This document shows, piece after piece, positions 26,593 to 37,629 of a stretch of 64,000 nucleotides of DNA. A program made the translations under genes and the position numbers. The notes below the pieces were generated by a model. The model did no database searches. It was not told where the DNA came from and saw only the letters and a program-made list of their open reading frames with translations. Source of the DNA: Podospora anserina (taxonomy: Eukaryota); NCBI GenBank assembly GCA_017654855.1, contig CM030337.1:2046001-2110000 (forward strand), read 5' to 3'. Numbering within the stretch: position 1 is the first letter of the stretch; each line of letters opens with the position of its first letter.

Positions 26593-27750
26593 ATGTCCGC
26601 CCCATCAATACCCAACCTTCTCACCCTCCGCGGCAGCCGTGGAGGATCCCGAGGCCGGGGCCGGGGCGGCTCACACCGGGGTAGCTCCTCCGGGCCATCA
26701 GCCAGCCATGACACCACAATCCAGGGAACCGACGCCGACGCTGCTGTCTCCCGCCTCAGCGCCGTAGAACTAGACTACCTCATCGACCCCTTCGCCAGCT
26801 ACTTCGTAGCTCCCTCACCACCACCGTTCCACTCCGGTCCAGGCCCAGGACTACCCACACCCCGCAGACTCCCAATAATAAACAGAGGAACATACACCCG
26901 CACGACAGCGATAGACATTCTCATCCACCGCTTCCTCTCCAGCACTTTCTCCACCGGCAAACCCCGGCAGATAGTCTCCCTCGGAGCAGGAACAGACACC
27001 CGCTGCTTTCGATTATTCACCTCGTCTCAAAAACACCAAAACATCCACTATCATGAAATCGACTTCCCGGTTATCATCTCCAAGAAGAACACCCTCATCC
27101 GGACAGTCCCAGCGCTGAACGGCATCCTCTCCCCGCCAATGCCACTCCCAAACCCGGCCACGAACCAGTCTTATGTCTCGAAGCAGCATGCGAACCCAGA
27201 AACAGGCAATACCCTCACTCTCCACCCGCTTGATCTCCGGTTTTTTCCATCTGCTCCTTCCTCCCTCCCGGGACTATCACAGGAGTGCCCGACACTGCTG
27301 CTGTCCGAATGCTGCCTTTGCTACCTCCCACCTTCGACAGCATCGGATATAATCACCTCTTTTACGTCTTGTTTTCCTAGTTTGGGGCTGGTGATTTACG
27401 AGCCGATTTTGCCGGGGGATGCGTTTGGACGGATGATGATTTCTAATCTTGGTGCGCGGGGGGTGACGATGCCGACTTTGGCGGTGTACCAGACGCAGGA
27501 GGACCAGGAGAGGAGGTTGCTGGAGGCTGGGTTTAGGGAGGTGAGGAGTAGGACTGTGGATCAGATTTGGGAGGAGTGGGTGGGGGAGGGGGAGAGGGAG
27601 AGGGTAGATGGGTTGGAGAGGTTGGATGAGGTGGAGGAGTGGAAGTTGTTGGCCGGGCATTATGTGGTTGTTTGGGGGTGGAATGAGGGGGAGGGGGTGA
27701 GGTTGGAGGTGGGGAGGGGGGATGATGACGAGGGGGATGAGACGGAGTAG
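26593..27750 (+). CDS. PPM1: Leucine carboxyl methyltransferase 1 (PP2A methyltransferase)
   Basis: 385-aa single exon; IQGTDADAAVSRLSAV, PIINRGTYTRT, QIVSLGAGTDTR, LLSECCLCY, DAFGRMM, LDEVEEWKLLAGHY. Confidence 0.95.
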   Translation: MSAPSIPNLLTLRGSRGGSRGRGRGGSHRGSSSGPSASHDTTIQGTDADAAVSRLSAVELDYLIDPFASYFVAPSPPPFHSGPGPGLPTPRRLPIINRGTYTRTTAIDILIHRFLSSTFSTGKPRQIVSLGAGTDTRCFRLFTSSQKHQNIHYHEIDFPVIISKKNTLIRTVPALNGILSPPMPLPNPATNQSYVSKQHANPETGNTLTLHPLDLRFFPSAPSSLPGLSQECPTLLLSECCLCYLPPSTASDIITSFTSCFPSLGLVIYEPILPGDAFGRMMISNLGARGVTMPTLAVYQTQEDQERRLLEAGFREVRSRTVDQIWEEWVGEGERERVDGLERLDEVEEWKLLAGHYVVVWGWNEGEGVRLEVGRGDDDEGDETE

Positions 27751-29056
27751 GGTGAGGGATGTCTACAAGGTCTGATAAGCTGAGAGATGCGTATCAAGGT
27801 CCGATGAACGCCTGAAAGATGGATGGATAACTTGTAGGGGACCGTCTGATACATCATTTCATCTTCACGATAACGATACTTGATGTGTATCAGTCTTATC
27901 CTGGTTTCGGTCTCGGCATCTCAGCTTGGCTTCAAGGTTGTAGATGCTTCTGATCATGTAGCCCCCCGGTCAGAGCCCCAAGACAAGCTTTTCTCGAACA
28001 TGCCAAGTGCTTCTCAAAATCGGACACATCCCTGATGTCTGCAATAATGTCTCGACAAGACCATCTTCCTTTTAAGCTTAATGAGACGACAGAGGATACC
28101 CAAAAAGTCAACATATGGATCATAATAGACTCTACACATACGAATACCCGAAGTGATACTGTGGGTTAGTGTCTAGCATTCTGGCAACCTATGTGAATAC
28201 TATCGTGGGGCCTTTTTTTCATGGTCAAACATACCCGACCGAGTAAACCCGACGGGCTTCGCATGTTCCTCCGAGTCCACACGTTTCAGAGCTCTCACCA
28301 TGTTCTAGAACACTGACACTATGAACACCCAAGATGAGGAATAGGATATTTAGGTAACACGATGGGTTGGGCTGGTATCGTTATGTAATTTCGAGGGGGC
28401 GTGGTGGTGTTGTTAGGTAAAGTTTCCCCTGTGTTACGCAATACCAAGCTATCTGCAGTGTCTCACATGAACACATGCCACAGGCACATGGCAGGTGGTC
28501 AGGCAACAGATCCCGAGATTTGGAGCGTCTGAGGCGGTATCGTGGTTGTGTCAGAGGCACAAATGTGTAGAGCATACAGCTCATAAAACCAGGCAATGCT
28601 GAAGTTGATTCAACTGGCGAGAGTTTGTGTAAATGATAAGAATGTTCTTATCGGATCATCCCAGTGGGTGTTTGAGGCCATTCCACCAATCACAGTCGCT
28701 ATAAGCGAACGGTTACGCAACGGGCAGAACCGATCTCCACTGCTTGTTTGGCGGCTGTCACAGGGGTCAAAGGGCACCCCCCCGGCTGCTCGCCTTATCT
28801 TGGCAAGGGGATTCGAAACAACGACAACCGCCGTCATCCCATCCCCCCATCTTTTTGTTGATTGTAATTCTGTCTGTACCGTTTTTCGCAATCGTCTTTT
28901 TACTCTCCTCTCACGCCCGCTCTTTTCCCGCGATGCCCTGAGCGATCGACTTCTCTCTCCTCCTATCGCATCTCGAACCCGCCGGGATGCTTTTCCGCTG
29001 ACATCTAGAAAATACATCATCGCCGTGCTCCGCTATCGCAGCACCCCGACGAAACA

Positions 29057-30924
29057 ATGCTCGACCAACAACTACACCGCGCGCGCATGGTTTCCAGCGT
29101 CGCCGCGACAGTCATATCGCTCGCGTGCGGTACCAACGTATGTGATTCCATGGGAGGACATTTGGCAGGCTGTTGGGATTTGGTTCGGTGACGGGAGCGC
29201 TGACGGTTGTAAACCTTCGTGGTTCAGTATGTGTACTCGGCCTGGGCCCCACAGTTCGCCGATAAGCTCAACCTCACGACAACGGAGAGTAACCTGATCG
29301 GAGCGGCGGGTAATCTGGGCATGTATTCGATGGGCGTACCTATCGGGTTCTTTGTCGATAACCGTGGACCCCGACCAGCCGTGGCAGCCGGCGCGCTTCT
29401 CCTCGGCCTCGGGTACTACCCCTTTCGCGCCTCGTACGAAAACGCGGCCGGTTCGGTTCCGCTGTTATGTTTCTTTTCGTATCTTACCGGCCTGGGCGGA
29501 TGTATGGCGTTCCAGGCGGCAGTCAAAACGTCGGCGCTCAACTGGCCACACCATCGGGGCACCGCCACGGCCTTCCCGTTGGCTGCCTTTGGCTTGAGCG
29601 CATTCTTCTTCTCCCAGGTCGGATCGCTCTTCTTTCCCGGAGACACCAGCGCGTTCTTGACTGTTCTGGCCGCCGGTACCTTTGCTCTGATCTTCACTGG
29701 ATTTTGCTTCCTCAAGGTCTACCCCCACACTCCGGCCTACCATGCGGTACCTAACGGGGGTTCCGGCTCGGACACGCAGCGGCTGCGGCGGACATCGTCA
29801 TCGGAGGACGGCAAGGCTAGAGGAGCGCGAAGATTCCCTGATGTAGAACCTGGTATGTCGACGCCCACCACCTACACGACTCCCGCGACGTCGACGCAGG
29901 CACAGACAGACGCAGAGGCTCCCGGACCGTCGTCGCCGTCAGCCAGCGCCCAGCTCCGTGACCAGACCGATGTTGAATCCGCCCGCCCCCCCTCGGACGA
30001 GGCACCCGATAGCGACGTTGACGAGACCTCGTCCCTCATGTCAAAGTCGTCCTCGCTGCCTGGTGATGTGTTAGTGCAGAGCAGTGTTGATATGGATCGT
30101 TCCCATCGTGTAGATATCCGTGGCTGGCGCTTGTTGTCCAATGTCGACTTTTGGCAGCTGTTTACCATTATGGGGATTCTGGCTGGCATTGGTCTCATGA
30201 CTATCAAGTGAGTTCTCTCGCTTTCTTTGAGGAGAAACATTGCTAACCCTTTCCAGCAATATTGGACACAACGTCAATGCTCTCTGGAGGCGTTTCGATG
30301 ACTCTGTTCCCGAGTCTTTCCTCGTACAGCGTCAGCAGATGCATGTCTCCATTCTGTCCATTGGCAGTTTCGGAGGGAGATTGCTGAGCGGTGAGCCTTT
30401 CCCTGGGTGGTCATTTCGCTCTTTGTGCTGACAAATCTACAGGTGTCGGATCTGATTTTCTTGTCAAGGTCGTAGGTGCCAGCCGCGCCTGGTGCCTCGT
30501 CGCGGCTAGTCTCGTATTTTGCATTGCCCAGCTCTTTGCCCTCAACGTCTCGAACCCGCACTACCTCGGTTTTGTTTCTGGCCTCTCAGGTGTCGGATAC
30601 GGCTTCTTGTTTGGTGTCTTTCCCTCGATCGTAGCTGAGACGTTCGGTATCCACGGACTTAGCCAGAACTGGGGGTTCATGACACTCAGCCCTGTCATCT
30701 CGGGCAACATTTTCAACCTGTTTTACGGTGCCGTCTTTGACAGTCACATCATTGTTAGTCCTGATGGTGACCGGTCGTGCTATGACGGTATCGACTGCTA
30801 CAGGAATGCGTATTTTGTCACGCTGGGTGCTTGTGGGCTGGGGTTGATTGTGACGTTGTCGACGATCAGACATCAGTATGTTGCGAGGTTGAGGGAGGCG
30901 GGGAAGGGCGCGGCTGAGGATTAA
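29057..30924 (+). CDS. MCH1: MFS transporter, Mch1/nodulin-like
   Basis: ATG 29057; introns 29138-29227, 30208-30256, 30391-30442; ISLACGTNYVYSAWAPQFA, KTSALNWPHHRGTATAFPLAAFGLSAFFF, GIGLMTINNIG, SQNWGFMTLSP. Confidence 0.88.
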
Positions 30925-31027
30925 GGGGATGTCTCGACTGGATGGATAGTTGGTGGGAGGAGGAGTTTGAACTTGTGGGCATTTTTACACGGCTAGACAC
31001 ATCGCACATGGATGGAGAAGGATACCA

Positions 31028-31029
<2 letters not shown>

Positions 31030-31069
<40 letters not shown>
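31030..31069. repeat. Poly-T tract (T40) in the MFS gene 3' region
   Basis: Directly visible. Confidence 0.9.
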
Positions 31070-31070
<1 letters not shown>

Positions 31071-31479
31071 GATGACGTTGTTTTCATGTTGTTAGAGATA
31101 GGCGTTGCATGAGAGAGGCGTTGGGTATGGATACAGCAGTTTATATTTGCGGTAGAGCTCCAGTAACGAAGTAATAATGTCACAATACAATTTTTTTGGT
31201 CCTATTTTTCCATGACCCCCGTGATCTCATGTTGAAATGCTGGGTTCGCGGCTGTTATCAGATAACAGTTGAAACGCGCACCTTGATGGCCACCCATTTT
31301 TTCGAGTTCAGCACTCAACCCTAACCCTGTTAATGCCAAGGTCCCTGTTCGCGCCGCGACCTCGGGGGTCAGCTCTCTTATCGATTATCAACCACATCCA
31401 TCCCCTGACCTTCAGCACGCGCGACAACACCAATCCACGGCGACAAAGATAATCTCATCGCGCCGCCGCCGTCGCCGAA

Positions 31480-32050
31480 ATGTTGAACTTTATCCTCATC
31501 CAGAACCGACAGTACGTTTCCTCCTGCTCCCCCTCTTTTCTGTCTCCCTCCCATTGGTAACCAACCGACCACCTTTTGGAATAGGGGCAAAACCCGCCTA
31601 GCAAAATGGTACGTCCCCTACAGCGACGACGAAAAAGTCAAGGTCAAGGGCGAGGTACCTCTTCCACCCCTTCCTCCCCTCTTCTTCCCCCATCCCATAT
31701 GCTGACCCCATGTCTGAAAGGTCCACCGCCTCGTCGCCCCCCGCGACCAAAAGTACCAATCCAACTTTGTAGAGTTCCGCAACCACAAGATCGTCTACCG
31801 CCGCTACGCCGGCCTCTTCTTCTGCGCCTGCGTCGACACAAACGACAACGAGCTCGCCTATCTAGAGGCTATCCACTTTTTTGTTGAAGTCTTGGATGCA
31901 TTCTTTGGCAACGTCTGCGAGCTGGATCTGGTGTTTAACTTTTACAAGGTGTACGCCATCCTGGACGAGGTCTTCCTCGCAGGGGAGATTGAGGAGACGT
32001 CGAAGCAGGTTGTGTTGACTAGGTTGGAGCATTTGGATAAGTTGGAGTGA
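31480..32050 (+). CDS. APS2: AP-2 adaptor complex sigma subunit (not represented in the ORF track because it is spliced)
   Basis: Introns 31512-31584 and 31655-31720; spliced product [102 protein letters not shown]. Confidence 0.96.
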
Positions 32051-32529
32051 GAGGGGCGAGGATATACGGCGAAAAAGATATCGATTGTGCGCGTGGAAAG
32101 GAAGATGAATATCCCCGTGGCTGAGCGGGAGAGTCTATATCGTCCGATGTCGGGAAGAAGGAGAGACGGGCAGGCCACGGGATGTTGAGCAGGGCAGAGC
32201 GGCCATGTAGGAGGGATTACAGAACCAGGGCCACATCAACATCTCAAAAGAAGCAGGTTCACCATCGGGCAGACAGAAATGTCAATAATCATCGCATTTG
32301 TCTGCTGGCGAAATCTAGATAAAGGAACGGATGCAATAATAGTACAATATAACACAGAAAACAAGTCAAAACTCCAGACCACCGCTAAAATTCCCCATGT
32401 GAGGCACGGGCTCACGGGAAAAAGCTCTAGGCCCCAGCTTAAGCCAGAGATAATGATGAACAATCCCCAAAATAAACAAGAACCCAACAGATAAGCACCC
32501 CAGAGCCGACATGGCAGGTGTTGGTGGAT

Positions 32530-35145
32530 CTAATCATCAACCACCACAATGTGGCTCTGGGACTCGCCATCAGATAGCCCAGTGAGGTCGGTAACGTCTC
32601 CCAACCCGCTGACAATGACAGACGACCTAGCCTCAGTCATGACAACATCATCATCCACGTCGATGACACCGTGGAGGTGTTGGATGACAGAAGAATTAGT
32701 CGCCTGCTGTGGCTCGTCCACCGAGGGCCCAGGCGAGAGCCGGCTCTTCAGCTGGGCGGACATATCGCCTTGCTCATTCTTGACAGAATCTTGAGCCTGG
32801 TCAATCTCCATGGCATCGTCATCGCCCCCCTCACGCTCGGAGGGCATATCAATAAAGTCAATTGCCACTGGACGCTTGGCCTTGGTCCTGCAATAGACCT
32901 TCTTGCCCAAAAACATCTTGAAGAACGAGGGGATCAAGTCGTTCTTGTCCTTCTCTTCCTCAATCATTTGGCCGACCTGCTGTGGGCCAACTCGAATTCT
33001 GGGGGGCGGCGCATTGGCGATACGAATAGGGGATCTCTCGAACTTGGGCACAACCAGCTGCGTTTTCTTCGGGGGCGTCTTCTTCTTCTTATTCTTCTTC
33101 AAAGTGGAGTGCTCGGGCTGCGCGTCTTCAGATGGCACATCATAATACGAAAGCCGTCCCTCCTCACGGGGGTCCGGGCTGACGGGCGGAGGCCTGCGGT
33201 TGGTGTAGACCTTGGTGGGGGGTTCGTCACCAACCGGCTTGTCTGGATCGAGATAACCCACGATGGAAGACTTCAAATCACCCCAAGGACTGTCGTTCGT
33301 ACCAGCCCTTCCCCGAATAGACACGTTGCTCTCTGGGTCATCATCTGCACGCCGAGACTTCCGGCCCCTCGTCCCACGGCGGTGAGGTCTCGAGGCCAAA
33401 TAGCCATCATCGTCAAACTCACTGTCCATACTGCGATGTCGCTTGTGGGAGCGGGGCTCGGGTCGGTAGGAGTCTATGACGGAATCTCGGATGGTATCAC
33501 TGACGACTCTCCGAGGCGCGTCACGCTCAGTTTGACCGTTGCGCGAGCCTTTCGAAGGCTTCCGCGGGCAGTCATCAATATAGTGATCTGCCTGTTTTCC
33601 ACAAAAATTGCAAGTGTAGTCCTCGGGTGCTTTGACGGCATATCGCCAGTCCCCGTTCGTTGGGCAATCTTGAATAAGATGGCCTAATAGGGTTAACAGC
33701 AGTAATATCATGCCTGGGGGTTCATACTTACCACGCACGTTGCAACGGTTGCACACATAGTTTCCCGGTATGGTAAACTCCTTGTCACCATTGGTAGCCG
33801 ATTTGGCGTTTCCCACGTCAACCGGGCTCTCACCGTACTCCAAAACTAGCTCAGTTTGCGCGGCCTTCTTCTTTTTCTTCTTCGTTCTGGCCAACGCCCA
33901 GTCATCACCGAACACCATTCGGTTGGAACCGGTAAGAAAGGAGAGATCCTTGTCTTTCTCCTTCTCCTTCTCCTTCTCCTTCTCCTTCTCCTTCTCCTTC
34001 TCCTTCTCCTTCTCCTTCTCCTTCTCCTTCTCCTTCTCCTTCTCGTTCTCGTTCTCGTTCTCGTTCTCGTTCTCCTTCTCCTTCTGCTTCTGCTTCTGCT
34101 TCTCCTTTTGCATCTGCTTCTGCTTCTCCTCCTGCTCCCACTTTTCCCACTCCTGCTCCTGCTTTTTCTTCTCTCTCAGCCTCACCAAGTCTTCCATGGC
34201 CATTGCATTTGCTCCTGATAAAAACGGCAAATCGGGGCAGGCAGGATCAAATGTGTTACTCTTGCCCTGTCTTCCTGTTCCCGTTCGAATGCAGTCAGCA
34301 GCGGGAACTACCTTTTCAATCAGCTCTCCAGGCTCAGGAGCAGCCTCTCGAGAAAACTTCATCCTATCAGGATGCATGCGGCCATACATGATCTCGGGAG
34401 CAGGAGAGGAGTGGCCCACCGAGACAGATGCAGCCCTATCCGGGTGCATATGAGCCAATGTTGGCGGCGGAGAATCATGTTTCGGAGACTCTTGTGGTGT
34501 GCTGACAAGAGCCCTTCTTCCAGGATGGATATAATCGCTCATGTCTCCTTCAAAGGCAGCGGTAGAGTCATTGCGGGCCGGTGGGCCTGACAGTCTTCTA
34601 TCCGGATGGGTGTAATCTTTCGTTGACTTTGAAGGGTCAGGGCCAGCAACAATCCTCAGGACTGACACCCGCCGATTGAGATGCTTGTGTTCATCCATGG
34701 GCTTGGACAAAGTGCCCGAGAGCTTTTGAATCTTTTGAGCTGTTGAAGTTTTGGATGGAGCTGGGGGCAGCGAGGCCGTAGTCCTGATTAGTTCCCGCAA
34801 CTCAGTTTCCACGATGTGAAGACGTCTCGCGTCGAGAGGGTGCTCTGAGACGTGGGTCTGCTCTAGCTCGACAAAACCATCAATGATGGTCTGGTCGTCA
34901 ATGCGGCAGCTCTTGAGCAGCTGATACCACTCTTTGAGTTCGGATTCAGCGCTTGATGGGTTGGACACGTCCTTGTCAATCAGGCGTTCGATAAGCCATA
35001 TGACAAAGCTGTTGAGGGTACGCTGTTTGTTGACCTTGACAGGAAATGCCCGGCCGAGAGTCTCAAAGAGCTTACGGGCGGAGGGACATTTGCGAAAATC
35101 ACCAAGTGGCGGTTCGCCCTGGTTCTTCTTCTTACTCTTGCCCAT
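32530..35145 (-). CDS. Zinc-knuckle (2x CCHC) protein with KE low-complexity tract; likely RNA-binding
   Basis: Probable ATG 35145 (MGKSKKKNQ); 48-nt intron 33684-33731 (GTAAGT..TTAAC..TAG). Splicing gives CNRCNVRGHLIQDCP; second knuckle CNFCGKQADHYIDDCP. Confidence 0.8.
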   Translation of the reverse strand: MGKSKKKNQGEPPLGDFRKCPSARKLFETLGRAFPVKVNKQRTLNSFVIWLIERLIDKDVSNPSSAESELKEWYQLLKSCRIDDQTIIDGFVELEQTHVSEHPLDARRLHIVETELRELIRTTASLPPAPSKTSTAQKIQKLSGTLSKPMDEHKHLNRRVSVLRIVAGPDPSKSTKDYTHPDRRLSGPPARNDSTAAFEGDMSDYIHPGRRALVSTPQESPKHDSPPPTLAHMHPDRAASVSVGHSSPAPEIMYGRMHPDRMKFSREAAPEPGELIEKVVPAADCIRTGTGRQGKSNTFDPACPDLPFLSGANAMAMEDLVRLREKKKQEQEWEKWEQEEKQKQMQKEKQKQKQKEKENENENENENEKEKEKEKEKEKEKEKEKEKEKEKEKEKEKDKDLSFLTGSNRMVFGDDWALARTKKKKKKAAQTELVLEYGESPVDVGNAKSATNGDKEFTIPGNYVCNRCNVRGKYEPPGMILLLLTLLGHLIQDCPTNGDWRYAVKAPEDYTCNFCGKQADHYIDDCPRKPSKGSRNGQTERDAPRRVVSDTIRDSVIDSYRPEPRSHKRHRSMDSEFDDDGYLASRPHRRGTRGRKSRRADDDPESNVSIRGRAGTNDSPWGDLKSSIVGYLDPDKPVGDEPPTKVYTNRRPPPVSPDPREEGRLSYYDVPSEDAQPEHSTLKKNKKKKTPPKKTQLVVPKFERSPIRIANAPPPRIRVGPQQVGQMIEEEKDKNDLIPSFFKMFLGKKVYCRTKAKRPVAIDFIDMPSEREGGDDDAMEIDQAQDSVKNEQGDMSAQLKSRLSPGPSVDEPQQATNSSVIQHLHGVIDVDDDVVMTEARSSVIVSGLGDVTDLTGLSDGESQSHIVVVDD
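33956..34105. repeat. Coding hexanucleotide microsatellite (TTCTCC/TTCTCG/TTCTGC)n encoding (KE)n/(NE)n/(KQ)n
   Basis: Directly visible inside the zinc-knuckle gene. Confidence 0.92.
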
Positions 35146-35914
35146 TCTTTCCAAACAGGAGACACGGGCTCCTTGAGCAAGTAGACCGGCAGGCTTCCGC
35201 AATGTGGCAGCCTTAAGGCCGGGAACAAACGGCCCTCTGCGAGTTTCCTGTAGCCGTGCAAGAGGATGGGTCAGTTTCGGTATTTGCACATGTGTTCGTG
35301 AATTTGTCCTGAAAAGTACCTCTCGAAAGGACCAGAATATTGTCGGCCAGGGGCTGCGAGTAATTGCAATGGATCGCAAGCCCCTGGAGAAGAGAGTTGA
35401 CCAGGTGCTACGATCGAGCCGAGATCAGAAAACCAATAAAACCAAGCTGCGACCCGTTCAGCAGATTGGCTTGTTTGACAGTTCTTGGTCGAGACAAAAG
35501 AAGCTGGGTACCTAAAAGAGCGGTTTTGGTTGATCAGTACTCACGCAGGTAGCCGAAGAAAAGATGGGTGGAAGACGTTGATTTGAAGGAAACCATCAGT
35601 GGTGCAGATGGAAGCATTTGACAAGTCCCGTTCCTGTGACGTGTTTTGTGTTGAATTTCCCAGAAAATAAGGCAGGAGCGAAGGGCTACTGTTGTGTGCA
35701 TCCCGTTCCAAACGGAAGGAGCAGCTCAAGGTCACATCTGACGCAATTATCACAGCACCTGGATGCTCCATAGGTAATTATTCCACCTGAAGGGTGTTGT
35801 TCTCTGTCAAAAAAAATTGCATGATAGGAATGAGCAACAGATATCCCAAAACCAACCCGCCAAGCTCCCGAGCCCAAGGAAGTAGCAGTATACAAATGAA
35901 AAGGGGGCTAGAAA

Positions 35915-36898
35915 TCACCTCTTCAGCTGTGCAAACCTCTTTGCAAGCTCATCCAGATCTGGAACCCCATCCCCTTTCTGCTCCGAAGGCTTTCTCGTCA
36001 CAGCAGCCGGCTTCTTGGTTGGTGTTGTCAACTCCTGTCTGTTGAGAGTGACTTTGGGGTGTATGTTATCAGTGGAAGCACTAGGAGGATTGACATGAAG
36101 CGGGCTAGCCGGCCCAAAAGATTTTGGGGGTGTAGCTTTGCTCAGGTCTTCCTGTGCCTTGAGCTCAGCAGCAGCTTCCTCATCCACACCAACCAGCGGT
36201 TCCTCCAACACTCTTTGTGCCTGGCCTCCACTTGGGTTCTCATCATCATCATCATCATCCATAAAGTCAGGAGGATCCCCCAGCTCCTTATTCTTCCCTT
36301 TTGGCCAGTCAACGCCGTATGCCCGCGCAATCTCCTCAAGGTAACCCTGCACCAGCTCGTCTTTTGGTGGTGTGACGCTCAGCTTCTTGACCACCCCTTC
36401 GCTTACTTTCCCGTCGCTGTTTTCTGTAGCCTGTAGCACAAATTCTTTCCCAAACTTCTCAGCCAACAACGTCCTCACTGTTTGAAGCTCTTTTATTTCT
36501 GTCTTGGGAGCGGCGTAGATGATGGACTTGACAGCCTCTTCGAGGCCGGGATCGCATGTTGGTGATGCCTCTAGCAAGCCAGCGCGGGCTAGTAGAAGCT
36601 CGCAGTAGAGTTCTAGGATTTCGTGGAGCTCGGTGATAATGTCGGATCTGATGATGTTCTCGACGCGGATTCGGGCCGAGTCAACCTTGTTCTGCTCGAG
36701 GAGCTGGGCCATGGCTCTGCGCTGGGTCTTTGCAAGGGCCTCGTCACGCTTCTGAACCATACGAAGGCGGGCTATGGCTAGTTTGAGCTGGACTTTGATT
36801 TTGGTCTGGTGGTGACCTGTTAGATACTCTTTTACTTGCGATGTAAGGTGACAAGGAAGGAGCCATACCACAAGGACCGGGGATGTTGGAGGAGGCAT
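35915..36898 (-). CDS. IST1: Ist1, ESCRT-III-associated regulator of Vps4
   Basis: ATG 36898; 63-nt intron 36806-36868 (GTATGG..CTAAC..CAG); KIKVQLKLAIARLR, ARIRVENIIRSD, EILELYCELLLAR; C-terminal MIM motif DLDELAKRFAQLKR. Confidence 0.95.
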   Translation of the reverse strand: MPPPTSPVLVVWLLPCHLTSQVKEYLTGHHQTKIKVQLKLAIARLRMVQKRDEALAKTQRRAMAQLLEQNKVDSARIRVENIIRSDIITELHEILELYCELLLARAGLLEASPTCDPGLEEAVKSIIYAAPKTEIKELQTVRTLLAEKFGKEFVLQATENSDGKVSEGVVKKLSVTPPKDELVQGYLEEIARAYGVDWPKGKNKELGDPPDFMDDDDDDENPSGGQAQRVLEEPLVGVDEEAAAELKAQEDLSKATPPKSFGPASPLHVNPPSASTDNIHPKVTLNRQELTTPTKKPAAVTRKPSEQKGDGVPDLDELAKRFAQLKR

Positions 36899-37629
36899 TT
36901 TGGTATCTGGACTGGCTCAGTGTCCACGGGAAGGGTAGGAAACAGGAGATCTTGGAGTAGGCGAGGACTGGGTGATGTCTAATCAATGAACAAAGCTCCA
37001 GGCTCCAGTATTCTGAATAGGGAGAGGTTGCGAATGCGCAAGGCGGGATGCGGCTGAGAGCTTGGTGGCTGATGGTGGGGTTGGAAGTGCGTTGCATGCG
37101 GGGTAGCACGCTAATCAGCCTTTAACAGTTTGCGACAGGGTCTTGGCTGTCGTCGTTGTGGAGTCGATCTCCATACATGTCCATCTTGACAGCAGTTGGC
37201 TCGTGCGTTCTTCAACCTCATGTCTTGAGACGTAGGTAGAGAGCAGCTTGACCAGTGCCTCATGGGATGTGAGAGGAATCAAGGTATGCAAAAATAAAGA
37301 CAATTTAAACAGCTTTCTTTCAATAGCAACTTTCAAGTTCAATCTAAACAGATAATTGAGCTCCTGAAACTCACAGTCACGTGGGATATATGGTCCGTGC
37401 CAGATATCAACGGACTTGTTGGAGCCTCGCGCTTGGCAACTTATTCCGCCAGTCAACACCTGTCCAGCATTGACAGCAACATATCTATTTCTTGTTTAAC
37501 ATCACGGTAGACCTTCATCGCTTCCAAATTCTCTACACCATAGCCATAATTACCTCTCGTTGGAAACAGCTTTTTTGGAAGACATCAACAACCATTCAGC
37601 ACCGTTAATCCATCCTTCAAACCATCAAA

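Noticed and set aside
31317-31328. AACCCTAACCCT telomere-like motif upstream of APS2
   Set aside because: Only two units; not an interstitial telomere, at most a Tbf1-type site.
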